NCBI GenBank assembly: GCA_050331735.1
Contig: JBHJGN010000023.1
Coordinates: 96,001-160,000, forward strand
Direction of reading: 5' to 3'
DNA length: 64,000 nt
Source of the DNA: Cyanophyceae cyanobacterium
Lineage (GTDB): Bacteria > Cyanobacteriota > Cyanobacteriia > Cyanobacteriales > JBHJGN01
Position 1 is the stretch's first letter, and each line of letters opens with the position of its first letter. This document shows, in pieces, positions 1-10,276 of this stretch. The notes below the pieces were generated by a model. The model made no database searches. It was not told where the DNA came from and worked only from the letters and a program-made list of their open reading frames with translations. Both the position numbers and the translations under genes were made by a program.

Positions 1-855
1 CCTCCTGACAAGCATGTAAATCAGGTAGATCAAAATCGCCATGCTTTCTAGGAACGTAATGGCAAATAGGATACTTCCCTCTGTAAGCACTTCACTGAGT
101 TTCGGCCCAATAAACGAGATTAACATGCCCTCAAAGGCTCTATTAAAGACATCGTATTGTTCAACCCAGAAAGCGCCTCGACTGCTTTCTCCGCCTGCAA
201 AGTGAGCTTCTACCTGAAAAGAAAGTTCTACGATTTTTTGTCTAAATATGTAGAGAGGAACGAGGGATAACAGCGGCACAATCGTGGCGAACCAAATTCT
301 GTCTTGGGAGACAAATTGAAAAGATAGTTTAGTGGCAACGAGAACAATAGCGACTGCAATAGCATAGTGGGGTTTGTAAAGAAGAAGCAGATAAAAGGCG
401 ATTAGATCGTACCACTGCAATTTATCTCGTCCTTTGTACATATCCGAGATATACCCGCAAATTATTCCCATCGCAAAGACGAAGATAGCTTCTTTAGAGG
501 CAACAGAAGACCATAGCGTAAACGAAGGCAGGAGCAGTAACGGCAGGGCCAGCTTGCGCTCGCTGCTGTCTAGGGAACTTAAAAATCGGTAGATGCCGAT
601 AAAAGCAATACTTTGAAAGCAAAGATTGATTAAAAAGACATTTCTACCAGTAATCGTGGCAAAGAAAGCGCCAACAGTATCGGTAAACAGAGTTTTTTCA
701 AATAAGAACCCAAAACCCTGCGGAAGAGAAGCTCGCTGGTAGCGTTTGGAATCGCCGAGAGAGGTCAATCCAGGAATGATGATTTGACCAGCAACTGAGT
801 AAAAGGCGCGATACAAGAATAAACTGAGCCAGAGTTTACTAAGTTTTAGTTTCAT
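1..855 (-). CDS. Polytopic membrane protein, possible Wzy-like polymerase or GT-C glycosyltransferase (3'-truncated by the window edge)
   Basis: Not in the ORF track. ATG at 855 and the frame stays open to base 1 (MKLKLSKLWLSLFLYRAFYSVAGQIIIPGLTSLGDSKRYQ...PSFTLWSSVASKEAIFVFAMG...). Many hydrophobic segments; lies at the end of the glycosyltransferase operon. Confidence 0.6.
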   Translation of the reverse strand, partial: MKLKLSKLWLSLFLYRAFYSVAGQIIIPGLTSLGDSKRYQRASLPQGFGFLFEKTLFTDTVGAFFATITGRNVFLINLCFQSIAFIGIYRFLSSLDSSERKLALPLLLLPSFTLWSSVASKEAIFVFAMGIICGYISDMYKGRDKLQWYDLIAFYLLLLYKPHYAIAVAIVLVATKLSFQFVSQDRIWFATIVPLLSLVPLYIFRQKIVELSFQVEAHFAGGESSRGAFWVEQYDVFNRAFEGMLISFIGPKLSEVLTEGSILFAITFLESMAILIYLIYMLVRR

Positions 856-928
856 ACGTTCAAGGCGAGAGGGCGGAGTTGCTCACTTAAAGAATCAATA
901 TAGCGGTTTTCGATTAAATCAGGGGAAG

Positions 929-2059
929 TTACTGATCAGCCTGCGTGGCGAGTGCCTGAATAATGCTCGTCACCTGTGCGCCAATGGTTGACCAGGCCAT
1001 CGTACGATGAACTTGCTGAAGGGCTTGGCGAGAACAGGCTTCGTAGAGCTGAGGATTCAAGATGAATTGTCGAATCGCTTCGGCGATCGCCTCAGCCGAG
1101 ACTGCTTGAGTCAGTAATCCGGTTTGCTGATGGATCACCTGTTCTTTGAGTCCGCCCACGGGAGTGGCCACGACTGGTACACCTGCCCCCATTGCAATCG
1201 TGACGACACCAGACTGGCTAGCTTCTCGGTAGGGGGCGACGAGGAGATCGGCTTGAGCGAAGATTTCGGCGATGTCGGCTTCTGGGATGTGGCGATTGTC
1301 TACCTGAATATGGGGGTCTGTGAGTGCTGCTGCATAGGCGGAGAGACTGCCTGCACCGGCAATCGTTAGTCTGAGCTGGGGAAACTCATCCTTGAGCCGT
1401 TGAAAGGCAGCGAGCAACAGAGATAAGCCTTTGTAGGGCAAGATCCGTCCAAAAAAAAGTAAGTTGATTTCGCGGTTCGGCAATGTTCTCCTGCTGCTCG
1501 ACGAGCCGTAGTTAAACACTCCGTGAGGAATGACGCTGCTTTTTGATGCTGGATAGCGATAAACCTGTTGGAGTTGAGTTTGGACGTGTTTGGTTAACGT
1601 AATGATGTGGTCGGCAGCTCGAATATCTTGACTAAAGAGCCACTGGCGAAAGCGTCCAATGCCGCCGTTATCTCCGGGGTGAGGGGTAGCATCGTGGAGA
1701 GTAAACAGATACTGGGTATGAGCTTTAATGACAGGCAGCATAGCGGCATTCCAGAGGTGGTCCATTGGGCAGTAAACCACCTGGATGTGGTGCTCGACTA
1801 GATAGTGGCGCAACTGGTTCCTGACGGCTGGGAGTTTGATCAGAGCCAGGAGGGCCGTGAGGCGATCGCTGTAGGTGTCAAGAGTAAAGCCGGGCAAGTT
1901 TAGGGCTGCAAACTGAGCATAAAATTCTGATTGTCGAGACAGCGAGAGATGAAGCTCTATGTTAGGCTGCTCTGCCAGGACTTTGGCCATCTGGAGAGCA
2001 TAATTTGGTCCGCCGCCGCGTCTTCCCCAGTACCACAGTAAAACTTTGATCTTCCTCAT
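929..2059 (-). CDS. Glycosyltransferase family 4
   Basis: GT-B motifs FFGRILPYKG, PYREASQSGV..AM..G.PVVAT.VGGL.E. Confidence 0.9.
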   Translation of the reverse strand: MRKIKVLLWYWGRRGGGPNYALQMAKVLAEQPNIELHLSLSRQSEFYAQFAALNLPGFTLDTYSDRLTALLALIKLPAVRNQLRHYLVEHHIQVVYCPMDHLWNAAMLPVIKAHTQYLFTLHDATPHPGDNGGIGRFRQWLFSQDIRAADHIITLTKHVQTQLQQVYRYPASKSSVIPHGVFNYGSSSSRRTLPNREINLLFFGRILPYKGLSLLLAAFQRLKDEFPQLRLTIAGAGSLSAYAAALTDPHIQVDNRHIPEADIAEIFAQADLLVAPYREASQSGVVTIAMGAGVPVVATPVGGLKEQVIHQQTGLLTQAVSAEAIAEAIRQFILNPQLYEACSRQALQQVHRTMAWSTIGAQVTSIIQALATQADQ

Positions 2060-2061
2060 TG

Positions 2062-3174
2062 CTAGTCTACACTGGCTTGGTACAGAGCCTGATACTGCTT
2101 CTTCACCGCAGCGGCGCGATACCGTTGCGCTCTGGCTCTGGCTTGCTCTCTGAGGTGAGCTGCTTGTGCAATAATCAGTTGAAATCCCTCATGGAACCGC
2201 GCTCGCGGCATCTGTATTCCTCCGGGACCGACCACCTCCTGCATCAGTTCCGTATCGAGGGTCAGTACGGGTAATCCGGCGGCTAAACATTCTGCTGCCC
2301 CAATGCCGAACCCTTCATTTTCAGAGGGAAATAGGCCAAAATCGGCGGCGGCTAAAATTGACGGTAGCTTAGCATGGGGAACGGCTCCTAAAAAACAAAC
2401 CTGTTGTTCTAGTTGATGAGACTTCACAAACTTGCTCACGTTGTCCTTTTCGGGACCGTCTCCGGCGAAGACGACAAAGATATTGTTTCTTTCTTGGGCA
2501 GATAATTTAGTCAGCGATTCTACCACCAGCATTTGGTTTTTGAACTTAATGAATCTGGCAATTTGAATAAATACCTGTTTATCTTGGGGAAAGCGAGCTA
2601 CAAATGTCGGCTCTGGTGAAGCTGGAGTATAAAAGCGATCGCTGACACAGTTGTACACGGTCCGAAATCGCGTGGTGATTTCGGGAAATGCCTGATTCAT
2701 CGACTCGCTGACCAGATTTGATGGCCCGGTACAGGCATCAAAGACGGAATACACCGGAGTAAGCACCGCTTTTTCTGACCAAGATGCCGGGGCGCGATAG
2801 AAGTGATGGGTGTAGATCCCGCTCACGGCAACAATTTTCCGGAGGAGATAAAACAGCAAACAGCCCGGATACCCCTGAACGTGAACCACATCAATCTGTT
2901 CTTGCTGAATAATCCGCAGGAGCTTGAAGGTGGTCAGCAGATTGGCTCCTGTCTCTACAGCCGCTTGCCACTTTGGGATTCCATAGCCAATACTTTTATG
3001 GCGCAGATGATAATAAGGAATTTGTTCCTTCGCTAACGCCGCTTCAAACGGGGCGGCACTGTAGATTAACGCCACTGATTCTTGCAGTTCCGGGCGTTTC
3101 TGGCCAAGCAGCGTAACGAGCAGTGATTCGCCGCCGCCAAAGGCAATGGGGGCAATCAGGTGCAGGACTTTCAT
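2062..3174 (-). CDS. Glycosyltransferase family 4
   Basis: EGFGIGAAECLAAGLPV motif. Start placed at ATG 3174 (MKVLHLI...), which overlaps the upstream stop as ATGA. Confidence 0.88.
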   Translation of the reverse strand: MKVLHLIAPIAFGGGESLLVTLLGQKRPELQESVALIYSAAPFEAALAKEQIPYYHLRHKSIGYGIPKWQAAVETGANLLTTFKLLRIIQQEQIDVVHVQGYPGCLLFYLLRKIVAVSGIYTHHFYRAPASWSEKAVLTPVYSVFDACTGPSNLVSESMNQAFPEITTRFRTVYNCVSDRFYTPASPEPTFVARFPQDKQVFIQIARFIKFKNQMLVVESLTKLSAQERNNIFVVFAGDGPEKDNVSKFVKSHQLEQQVCFLGAVPHAKLPSILAAADFGLFPSENEGFGIGAAECLAAGLPVLTLDTELMQEVVGPGGIQMPRARFHEGFQLIIAQAAHLREQARARAQRYRAAAVKKQYQALYQASVD

Positions 3175-3995
3175 CGGTCTAGCTTCTGCTTGAGTTTCCA
3201 TCTGACGAGTTTGCTATAGTACACCATCCAAGCGAGCAGCAGCGGAAATTTATAGCGAATGGTCACGTCTCTAAATTCTTGAAACGCTAGCTCAATATTG
3301 ACAGAACCAAATCCTTCGTGACTCATAACCACAAAAGGAGTATCGGTAAATTTTGCGGGATACTTGTTAAGTAAGCGGAGGGTAAAGTCGTGATCGGAGG
3401 CGATTTTTAAAGCAGTATCGTACAGCCCCACTTGCTCGTATTGCTGTTTAGCCACTACCAGAGCCGGATGAGGTAAACGGGGCAGGATGTACAGTTGCCA
3501 CCCCTGATAAGGAAACTTTTGTTGTTTTTGCCGGTCGTTCGGCAGGGTTCGCACCAGAGTAAAATAGTTCGTCTTACTCTCGTCGAGTGTTCGGACGGCT
3601 TGTTCGAGCACTGAATGATCGTAATAGCGGTCGTCGGCGTTGAGGAGATGAATCCACTGTCCAGAGGCAAGGGCGATGCCTTTATTCATCGCGTCATAAA
3701 TCCCTTGGTCTGGCTCGCTGATCCAGTAGGCGATGCGCTCTTCGTAGCTTTTGATAATGTCTAACGTTCGATCTGTGGAACAGCCGTCAACAATGATGTA
3801 TTCGATCGGGCGATACGTTTGGTTAAGGACGCTGTGAATGGTTTGCCGCAGCGTTTTCTCTCCATTACGAACAACGGTAATGACGCTGACAAACGGCTGT
3901 ATGTTGTTAGGATGCACTCCCTGAACGCGAAGTCCTCCTTCGATACGTTGAGGGGCAGCAGGTTTGGTCAGATAATTTTCTAGAGTGGGAATCAA
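3171..3995 (-). CDS. Glycosyltransferase family 2
   Basis: VSVITVVRN, YIIVDGCSTD, GIYDAMNKG, LNADD. Confidence 0.92.
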   Translation of the reverse strand: MIPTLENYLTKPAAPQRIEGGLRVQGVHPNNIQPFVSVITVVRNGEKTLRQTIHSVLNQTYRPIEYIIVDGCSTDRTLDIIKSYEERIAYWISEPDQGIYDAMNKGIALASGQWIHLLNADDRYYDHSVLEQAVRTLDESKTNYFTLVRTLPNDRQKQQKFPYQGWQLYILPRLPHPALVVAKQQYEQVGLYDTALKIASDHDFTLRLLNKYPAKFTDTPFVVMSHEGFGSVNIELAFQEFRDVTIRYKFPLLLAWMVYYSKLVRWKLKQKLDR

Positions 3996-4067
3996 TGCTT
4001 GTTGTTGATAGTTGATAGATAATGGCTACTTTGGCTTTACAAGCAACCTAGCGCTCTGTAAAAACGG

Positions 4068-5345
4068 CTATGATTCAAGCGATTTAGAACTACTGGCTGG
4101 TCTTTGAGCTTGTGCGGTTAACTCCCCAAAGAGAGTCAAGTACCGCTGAGCCTGTCGCTCTTGACTAAACTCCTGCTGTGCTTTCTCCCGAGCGCGATCG
4201 CTTAACTGTTGATAGCATTCATTGTTGAGTACCCAGGCGATACCCTGAGCTAAATCATCTGTATCATAGGGGTGGGCCAGATAACCATTCTGCTGATGCT
4301 CTATCATATCAGGCAGGCCGCCCACTTTGAAGGCCACACAGGGAGTGCCGCAGGCAAGGGCTTCGACGATAGTGTTCGGTAAATTATCCTGACGAGAAGG
4401 AGCGACAAACACATCGGCGGCGGCGTAGAGCAACGCAAGAGCAATATCGTCGCTCAGTTTACCGAAGTAATGAGCTTTAAAGCCAAAATCCGGTGGCTGC
4501 TCGGGTTGAGAGGCTCCGTAGATCACCAACTCGATGCCCGCTTCCGTCTGACTGAGCTTTTGCAGGGCGGGCAGCAGTAAGTCAATACCCTTGCGGTGAT
4601 CGCTGGTGGCGTAGGCAGCACCAAACAGAATCATCGGGCGCTCGGTTGGCAACCCCAACCAGCTTTTAGCCAGGCGTTTGTCGAGGAGTTTGTACCGAGT
4701 CAGGTCTAAACCGTTGGGAATCACTTCGATCCGCCTGTTCCGAAACAGGGAACTGGCCCTCGCGCATTGAGCCAACCAGACGCTCGGAGTGACAATGGTT
4801 AAATTGATTGCCCTCCAGGCTTTTGCTTTGCGTTGCCAAACCCACCGGGATAAGTCCCAGTCTCTGTGGCTGTGGAGCTGCGGACAGGAACCGCAGGAAC
4901 TGGTGTAGCGATCGCACCCCAAACTATAGTGACAGCCGCCGGTGAACGCCCACATATCGTGCAGAGTCCACACTAGCGGCTGGTCAAACTTGGCCAGGGT
5001 TTCGATCGGAAGGTAGCTACCACAGACCCAATGAAGATTAATAATCTCTGGAGCGAGGGCAGTAACCTGGGCGGCAATTTGACTGGGGAACCACTGTGCG
5101 GAAAAGGTGGCGGCTTCTCGCTGAGGGTAGAACGTGAGCGGCAGGGCATCGACAACTGACTGTAGCTGAGTTAGAGCTTTGGCGAGCTTCGTTTGCGGAG
5201 CCACAACGGTGCCATCATCGCTGGCTTTTGCCTGAACCAACATTTGGGAATCGGCATCAGCCGCCCGTAGCCCTTGGTGCAGACGATATGCCGCTCTGGC
5301 GGCTCCCCCTTGGAGATCGCTGGTGCTCAGCAGTAGAATTTTCAT
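4068..5345 (-). CDS. Glycosyltransferase family 4 with Cys-rich insert (WcaC-like)
   Basis: GGAARAAYRLH, TLHDMWAFTGGCHY..GCDRY...CGSCP, DNLPNTIVEALACGTP. Confidence 0.9.
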   Translation of the reverse strand: MKILLLSTSDLQGGAARAAYRLHQGLRAADADSQMLVQAKASDDGTVVAPQTKLAKALTQLQSVVDALPLTFYPQREAATFSAQWFPSQIAAQVTALAPEIINLHWVCGSYLPIETLAKFDQPLVWTLHDMWAFTGGCHYSLGCDRYTSSCGSCPQLHSHRDWDLSRWVWQRKAKAWRAINLTIVTPSVWLAQCARASSLFRNRRIEVIPNGLDLTRYKLLDKRLAKSWLGLPTERPMILFGAAYATSDHRKGIDLLLPALQKLSQTEAGIELVIYGASQPEQPPDFGFKAHYFGKLSDDIALALLYAAADVFVAPSRQDNLPNTIVEALACGTPCVAFKVGGLPDMIEHQQNGYLAHPYDTDDLAQGIAWVLNNECYQQLSDRAREKAQQEFSQERQAQRYLTLFGELTAQAQRPASSSKSLES

Positions 5346-5348
5346 TGG

Positions 5349-5375
5349 TTGATTGTTGATTGTTGATTGCTCATT
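5349..5375. repeat. STRR-type heptamer tandem repeat (TTGATTG)n
   Basis: ttgattg ttgattg ttgattg ctcattg. Similar runs near 4000, 20694-20721, 54020 and 60538-60560. Confidence 0.8.
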
Positions 5376-5384
5376 GTTCCCTGG

Positions 5385-6302
5385 CTAGCCTGAACGCTTC
5401 TTCAACAATCGCTTGACTCTTCTCCAAAAGCGCTGAATAAGAGTTTTTTGTTTAAATAGTTTGAGATAGAGCCTGTAATCGTATTCTCGATCGACAGCTA
5501 CTCCAGCGGGTTCTTTGAGCGGAAAGGTCATGGGGAGCACGGGCAAATTGGCGAGACTGTCGTCTTCGTCTTTGGTATGCGTAGCTTCTGCTCCAAAACC
5601 AATATTGGAAACCAGATTGACAGCAGGAATCACTGCCAACCCCGACTGGAACAAACACGCAAACAGCCACTGCAAATCCCAGCTATCTACCTTGCCAGCA
5701 TACATAGTATCAAACCGTTGTTTGCGGAGTTGATACTGCTGAGGATCGCAAATAACATCCCTCACGCAGCCCTGAATGTCTGGGTTGGCCCACAGCTTCA
5801 TGTCTACGTCGTAATAATCCCAAGCTCTTTTCCAAGTAGCCCAGCCCCAGATACAGCCATAATAGGAAAAATGATAGCTTTGGCGATCGCTCTTCCAGTC
5901 GCCTTGAAAGTTAGTGCCGTAAATAGCCATCATCCGGCGGTCGTGACGGTACTTTGCTAATAGTTCTTCACAAAATTGAAAAAATGTGGGATGGGGTAAG
6001 CAGTCATCTTCTAAGATAATGGCTTCCTCGACCAGGCTAAATACCCAATCTAAGCCACTAGAAACGCGCTTCTTACAGCCTAGATTGATGCTGGAGTAGT
6101 TAGCTAATACCTGGCAATCCCAATCCACGCCGTTAATAATTTGCTGTGCCGCCTGACATTTTTTGGCTTCCTCCGGACGTTCCTGGCGAGGTCCATCGGC
6201 AACGACTAAAAGTTGCGGCGGTTTTGCCTGACGAATCGCTTTAAATACCCTTTTTGTTGTATCGGGGCGGTTAAAAATTAACAAGGCGACTGGGGTTTTC
6301 AT
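5385..6302 (-). CDS. Nucleotide-diphospho-sugar transferase (GT-A fold, GT2-like)
   Basis: PVALLIFNRP, VVADGPR, IILEDDCLP, WGWATW, NLVSNIGFG. Confidence 0.85.
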   Translation of the reverse strand: MKTPVALLIFNRPDTTKRVFKAIRQAKPPQLLVVADGPRQERPEEAKKCQAAQQIINGVDWDCQVLANYSSINLGCKKRVSSGLDWVFSLVEEAIILEDDCLPHPTFFQFCEELLAKYRHDRRMMAIYGTNFQGDWKSDRQSYHFSYYGCIWGWATWKRAWDYYDVDMKLWANPDIQGCVRDVICDPQQYQLRKQRFDTMYAGKVDSWDLQWLFACLFQSGLAVIPAVNLVSNIGFGAEATHTKDEDDSLANLPVLPMTFPLKEPAGVAVDREYDYRLYLKLFKQKTLIQRFWRRVKRLLKKRSG

Positions 6303-6308
6303 CTAGAA

Positions 6309-7172
6309 CTACAGTAGGTGAGATCGGGAGTCGGGAGTCGGGGAGAAACTGACTGCTTGCTTAACAATTGTCAATGCCGACCATTTCCAAACTCTTACCA
6401 AATTTAGAGGAATCCAAGCTTTTGGACAGCTTAAGATCACAAAGATTGTCCAGTGCAGAGGATTGTTCATTGATTTATTGGAAAAATATTGCCTAATAAA
6501 TTTGCCAAAGCCACCATTTTCTGACTGAAAAAATCCGGTTGTTGCTTCGTTTACCCACAGCTTGAGTTCGGAGGATGTCGTTAGAGTTAATCCTCGTCGA
6601 TGAGCACGAATGGTAAATTCGTAGTCTGATAGATAATGGGGAAGCAGCCTCGGGTAAAAATTGCCAATTTCCATCAGATCGACAGACCGAACAAATAGTC
6701 CTCTGGTGGGCAAACAGTTAATCTCTTCAGAAGCAGGCGAGAGATCGAAGGTTAAACGTTTTAAGTCTGCATGAACTCCAGTGGTAAGCAGACGACCAGA
6801 TTGCTTGCTGAACGCTTGGGCGAGCAAAAGTGTACGGGGCTGATGCTTTAAAATTTCAGCGGCCTTAGCTAAAAAGTCTGGGCCGAACGTCACATCGTCG
6901 TTGATCGTTAAGACCAGATCGGACGGGGGAACAGCACGATTTTTGAGCCAGTTAATCCCCTGCTGCAAACTGCCAGCCCACCACCAATCACCTTGGCCTT
7001 TAATCACCGTCAGCGATCGCACCCGATTTCTCACCATTTCCTCAGTGCCGTCCGTCGAACCGTCATCGACTAGGATCAGGTGGTAGTTGGTCTCGGTTTG
7101 CGCTAGCAAACAATCGACAAAGCCTTGAGTAAGCTCGCGGCGGTTATGAACAGGCAGAATGATATAGATCAT
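6309..7172 (-). CDS. Glycosyltransferase family 2
   Basis: IILPVHNR, LVDDGSTDGT, INDDV. Confidence 0.9.
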   Translation of the reverse strand: MIYIILPVHNRRELTQGFVDCLLAQTETNYHLILVDDGSTDGTEEMVRNRVRSLTVIKGQGDWWWAGSLQQGINWLKNRAVPPSDLVLTINDDVTFGPDFLAKAAEILKHQPRTLLLAQAFSKQSGRLLTTGVHADLKRLTFDLSPASEEINCLPTRGLFVRSVDLMEIGNFYPRLLPHYLSDYEFTIRAHRRGLTLTTSSELKLWVNEATTGFFQSENGGFGKFIRQYFSNKSMNNPLHWTIFVILSCPKAWIPLNLVRVWKWSALTIVKQAVSFSPTPDSRSHLL

Positions 7173-8413
7173 GAGCTCGTCGGATCAGCGCTCGTCTGGA
7201 ATTGCTTCAACGTTTGATTATATAGCTCTCGGTAGCGTTGAGCCTGAAGCTCTAGGGAATATTCCGCCAGTGCGATCGCCCGACAATTTTGGCTCATCTG
7301 TTGCAGCGCCTCATCTGCCAGCAGTTGGACAATGCCCCTCGCCAAATCTTGGTCATCTTCCGGCTGCGCCAGGTAGCCAGTGATGCCGGGACGCACCAGT
7401 TCAGGAACGCCGCCAAGTTTAAAAGAAACCATTGGCGTTCCACACGCCATGCTTTCTTGCAGCACTAGGGGCAGATTATCTGCCCGAGTGGGAAAAATAA
7501 ACAGATCGGCAGCACTGTAGGCAATGGCTTTCAGGCGATCGCCACTAACGTAGCCGAGGTTGATAGTCGGTAGGCCAACGGCTCCCGCAATGGCTTCTCC
7601 GCCGTCGCCTAACGTCAGCAGTACCGCTTCCTGTTTCACGGAGTCAGGGAGACGAGAGAGAGTTTTCAGCAGCAGATCGCCCCCTTTACGACTATCTTTG
7701 AGACTATGAGCGCTAAACATCAGCACCTTTCGCTCTGCCGTAATACCGAGCAATGTACGACACTGGTGTTTGTTGAGGGGAGCAAAGATTTGCGTATCGA
7801 TGCCGTTGGGAACGTGGTGAATGGGAAAGCGCTGGAGGATACTTTGTCGGGCTTGAGCCGCTAGCCAAGCACTGGGAGTAATCACCGTCAGGCGGGAACG
7901 GCGATATACCCAGTCTTTAAGCTGCCATTCTCGGTGGGTACGATCGACTTTAATCTCGGGGTAGGTTTTGGGGTAAGGGCAGCGTCCGCATCCGGTTTGC
8001 CAGCGCGAACAGTCGTAACTGTAGGCACAGTGTCCGGTAAAACTCCACATATCGTGGAGAGTAATCACGGCTGGCTTTTGGGTGAGGGCGGGAATCGCTA
8101 AATAATTGAAGTAGCCACCGTGGAGATTGTGGAAGTTGAGAATGTTCGCGTCTTGGTAAAAAGCGTGGTGCGGAATGTTAAACGAGCTGACAATATTGGT
8201 ATAGTTCAAACCAAGATGCCAAGATAGGCGCAGCAGGACGCTTTCTAAGCGCGGCTGACGCGGGATTGCTGCCACGCGATCGCTTAGCGTTTTCGCCATA
8301 CCGACCAATAGCCGAGAGTTAACGCCCTGAGCGAGTAGCTGCTGGTGCAGTCGATACCCGGCGATCGCTGCGCCTCCGGCGGTGTCGGCTTGATTGATGT
8401 GCAAAACTTTCAT
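7169..8413 (-). CDS. Glycosyltransferase family 4 with Cys-rich insert (paralog of 4068-5345)
   Basis: GGAAIAGYRLH, TLHDMWSFTGHCAY..CSRW..GCGRCP, DNLPLVLQESMACGTP. Confidence 0.9.
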   Translation of the reverse strand: MKVLHINQADTAGGAAIAGYRLHQQLLAQGVNSRLLVGMAKTLSDRVAAIPRQPRLESVLLRLSWHLGLNYTNIVSSFNIPHHAFYQDANILNFHNLHGGYFNYLAIPALTQKPAVITLHDMWSFTGHCAYSYDCSRWQTGCGRCPYPKTYPEIKVDRTHREWQLKDWVYRRSRLTVITPSAWLAAQARQSILQRFPIHHVPNGIDTQIFAPLNKHQCRTLLGITAERKVLMFSAHSLKDSRKGGDLLLKTLSRLPDSVKQEAVLLTLGDGGEAIAGAVGLPTINLGYVSGDRLKAIAYSAADLFIFPTRADNLPLVLQESMACGTPMVSFKLGGVPELVRPGITGYLAQPEDDQDLARGIVQLLADEALQQMSQNCRAIALAEYSLELQAQRYRELYNQTLKQFQTSADPTSS

Positions 8414-8564
8414 GGCTGGTGCGGTAAGGGCGATCGCCTCGATGCTAACTGGTTGACAAACCCTTGATGAGCCTCAGTTGTCGTTCCGCGTTGAACTTCC
8501 GTTTTCGAGTCGGGGAACGGAGGAGGCTACTGTCGTCATGGCGCTCATCTACGGGTTTTACCTG

Positions 8565-9407
8565 CTATTCTATCGAAGGCTTAATCGCTTCCATAAACAG
8601 GGAGTCGGGCTTGTAAACACTTCCGTCGGGTTCGGTATCGAGTCCCCAACTCGTCCAGTTGGGAATGACGCTTTCCGTTGCCGAACGCTGCATAATGTCG
8701 GTCAAGCCAGTTTGTTTTAAGAGCATCCCGAGCGAGTGGCGATCGTACATCCACTGGTGAACTTCTCCACTCTGGCGAAACCGCCCAATTTGGAGGGCGC
8801 TGTATTCTTTGCCGAGTAACAGTTTGAAGATGAGTTCCCGGAGATAGCTTGGATAGCGGCGCAGGCGGAGGCTGGACTTGAGCAGGCGTTTGATGCTTGC
8901 TGCTGAAGACTGCTGAGGGCGATCGCGTCCTAGAGCAATTAAGTTTTTCGCTTCTGTGCCACACCGCTGGAGAATAAAGGCTTCATTAGGAATATTTTCT
9001 TGAAACAGGTAAGCCGCCATTTCTCCCCCAGAGTAGTTTCTGGCCACCTGATCGTACATTTCAATTAAGATCCAATCGTAGTTTGCCTGCCATACCGCAT
9101 CAGTACTAGCTTTCTCTAAAGCCATTAAATACGAGCGGACAATTTGCTCTAAATCGGGAACGACGACTCTTAAGACTCCTTGCGGGCGCAGCACCCGGCA
9201 GCATTCACTCAAAAAGGCTTGGGCCTGCGCTTTGGAAAAGTGTTCGAGGACGTGGGAATGGTAAACCACGTCAAAAGCCGCATCGGGAAACGGAATGCCT
9301 TGGATGAGATTGTGGGCGATGACGCGATCGCTCGTTGAGGTAAAGTCAACGTTGGTCCAATCGGGATGAAAGCGACGACCGCAGCCAAGATTAAGGTAGC
9401 TGACCAT
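8565..9407 (-). CDS. Class I SAM-dependent methyltransferase
   Basis: LNLGCG motif I, FDVVYHSHVLEH, RVLRPQG. Confidence 0.88.
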   Translation of the reverse strand: MVSYLNLGCGRRFHPDWTNVDFTSTSDRVIAHNLIQGIPFPDAAFDVVYHSHVLEHFSKAQAQAFLSECCRVLRPQGVLRVVVPDLEQIVRSYLMALEKASTDAVWQANYDWILIEMYDQVARNYSGGEMAAYLFQENIPNEAFILQRCGTEAKNLIALGRDRPQQSSAASIKRLLKSSLRLRRYPSYLRELIFKLLLGKEYSALQIGRFRQSGEVHQWMYDRHSLGMLLKQTGLTDIMQRSATESVIPNWTSWGLDTEPDGSVYKPDSLFMEAIKPSIE

Positions 9408-10204
9408 TATTCACGAAACGCAAAAATGTTTAACTGCATGTCCATTCCTAAATGAACGTTGCGATGATAGAAAGGTTGAGGAGAGGTCGCCGGTGGATGA
9501 ATGTGAAGTCTGTAGCCTGCGCTCGACAAAATATTAATAATCATGTGTAAGGTCTGGGGTTCATTAACAAATGAATGATATTCGATAAAGAAATTTTCAA
9601 CGTTGACTAACAAATCCTGGCAGTCTTGAATAACTTCTGTTTCCGCTCCCTCAATGTCTAGCTTGAGTAAGTCAACAGGTTGATACAAATAGTCGCGTAA
9701 ACGAACGGTTTTAACCTGATACTTTTCATGTTTTGATTCAATTTGAGTCACTCTTCCTCCATCTGCACCCTCCGCCATAAATTCGAGAGTCGTTTCTGAG
9801 CTCCAAACAGCCTTATCGATTAGCTCTACATTTGATAACTGAAATTCATCTACATTCTTTTGTAAAACCTGAAAAACTTTAACATCTGGCTCAAAGGCAA
9901 TCACCCGACTTTCAGGAAAAAGTTGCTTAAAATATAGAACGCTTAATCCAATGTTGGCTCCGCAGTCTATAATGAGTGGCTCTTCCTTTGTTTTTCTAAA
10001 TTTATAGATCTGCTGCTCGAATATCTCTTTATGCATGAACAGAAATGAGGCAGAATCTACAAACCCAAAGCTTTTACCCAAAAGATTAACAGAAGCCGGA
10101 GTATAGCGCGGGATGTTTTTCAGCTTGCTTTTAACAAATTGATGCTGCCTATATCCTGGTCTGAGAATGAGTTTTCCTAATTTTCTGACGTAAGTTGGTG
10201 TCAT
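9407..10204 (-). CDS. FkbM family methyltransferase
   Basis: IIDCGANIG, VIAFEP, LLKLDIEGAE. Confidence 0.92.
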   Translation of the reverse strand: MTPTYVRKLGKLILRPGYRQHQFVKSKLKNIPRYTPASVNLLGKSFGFVDSASFLFMHKEIFEQQIYKFRKTKEEPLIIDCGANIGLSVLYFKQLFPESRVIAFEPDVKVFQVLQKNVDEFQLSNVELIDKAVWSSETTLEFMAEGADGGRVTQIESKHEKYQVKTVRLRDYLYQPVDLLKLDIEGAETEVIQDCQDLLVNVENFFIEYHSFVNEPQTLHMIINILSSAGYRLHIHPPATSPQPFYHRNVHLGMDMQLNIFAFRE

Positions 10205-10276
10205 TTAAACTACAAATATCAATATTTTTTCAGCGCTTTTCAAAACAAAACTACTCCATTGCAAATGGTTTCGACA

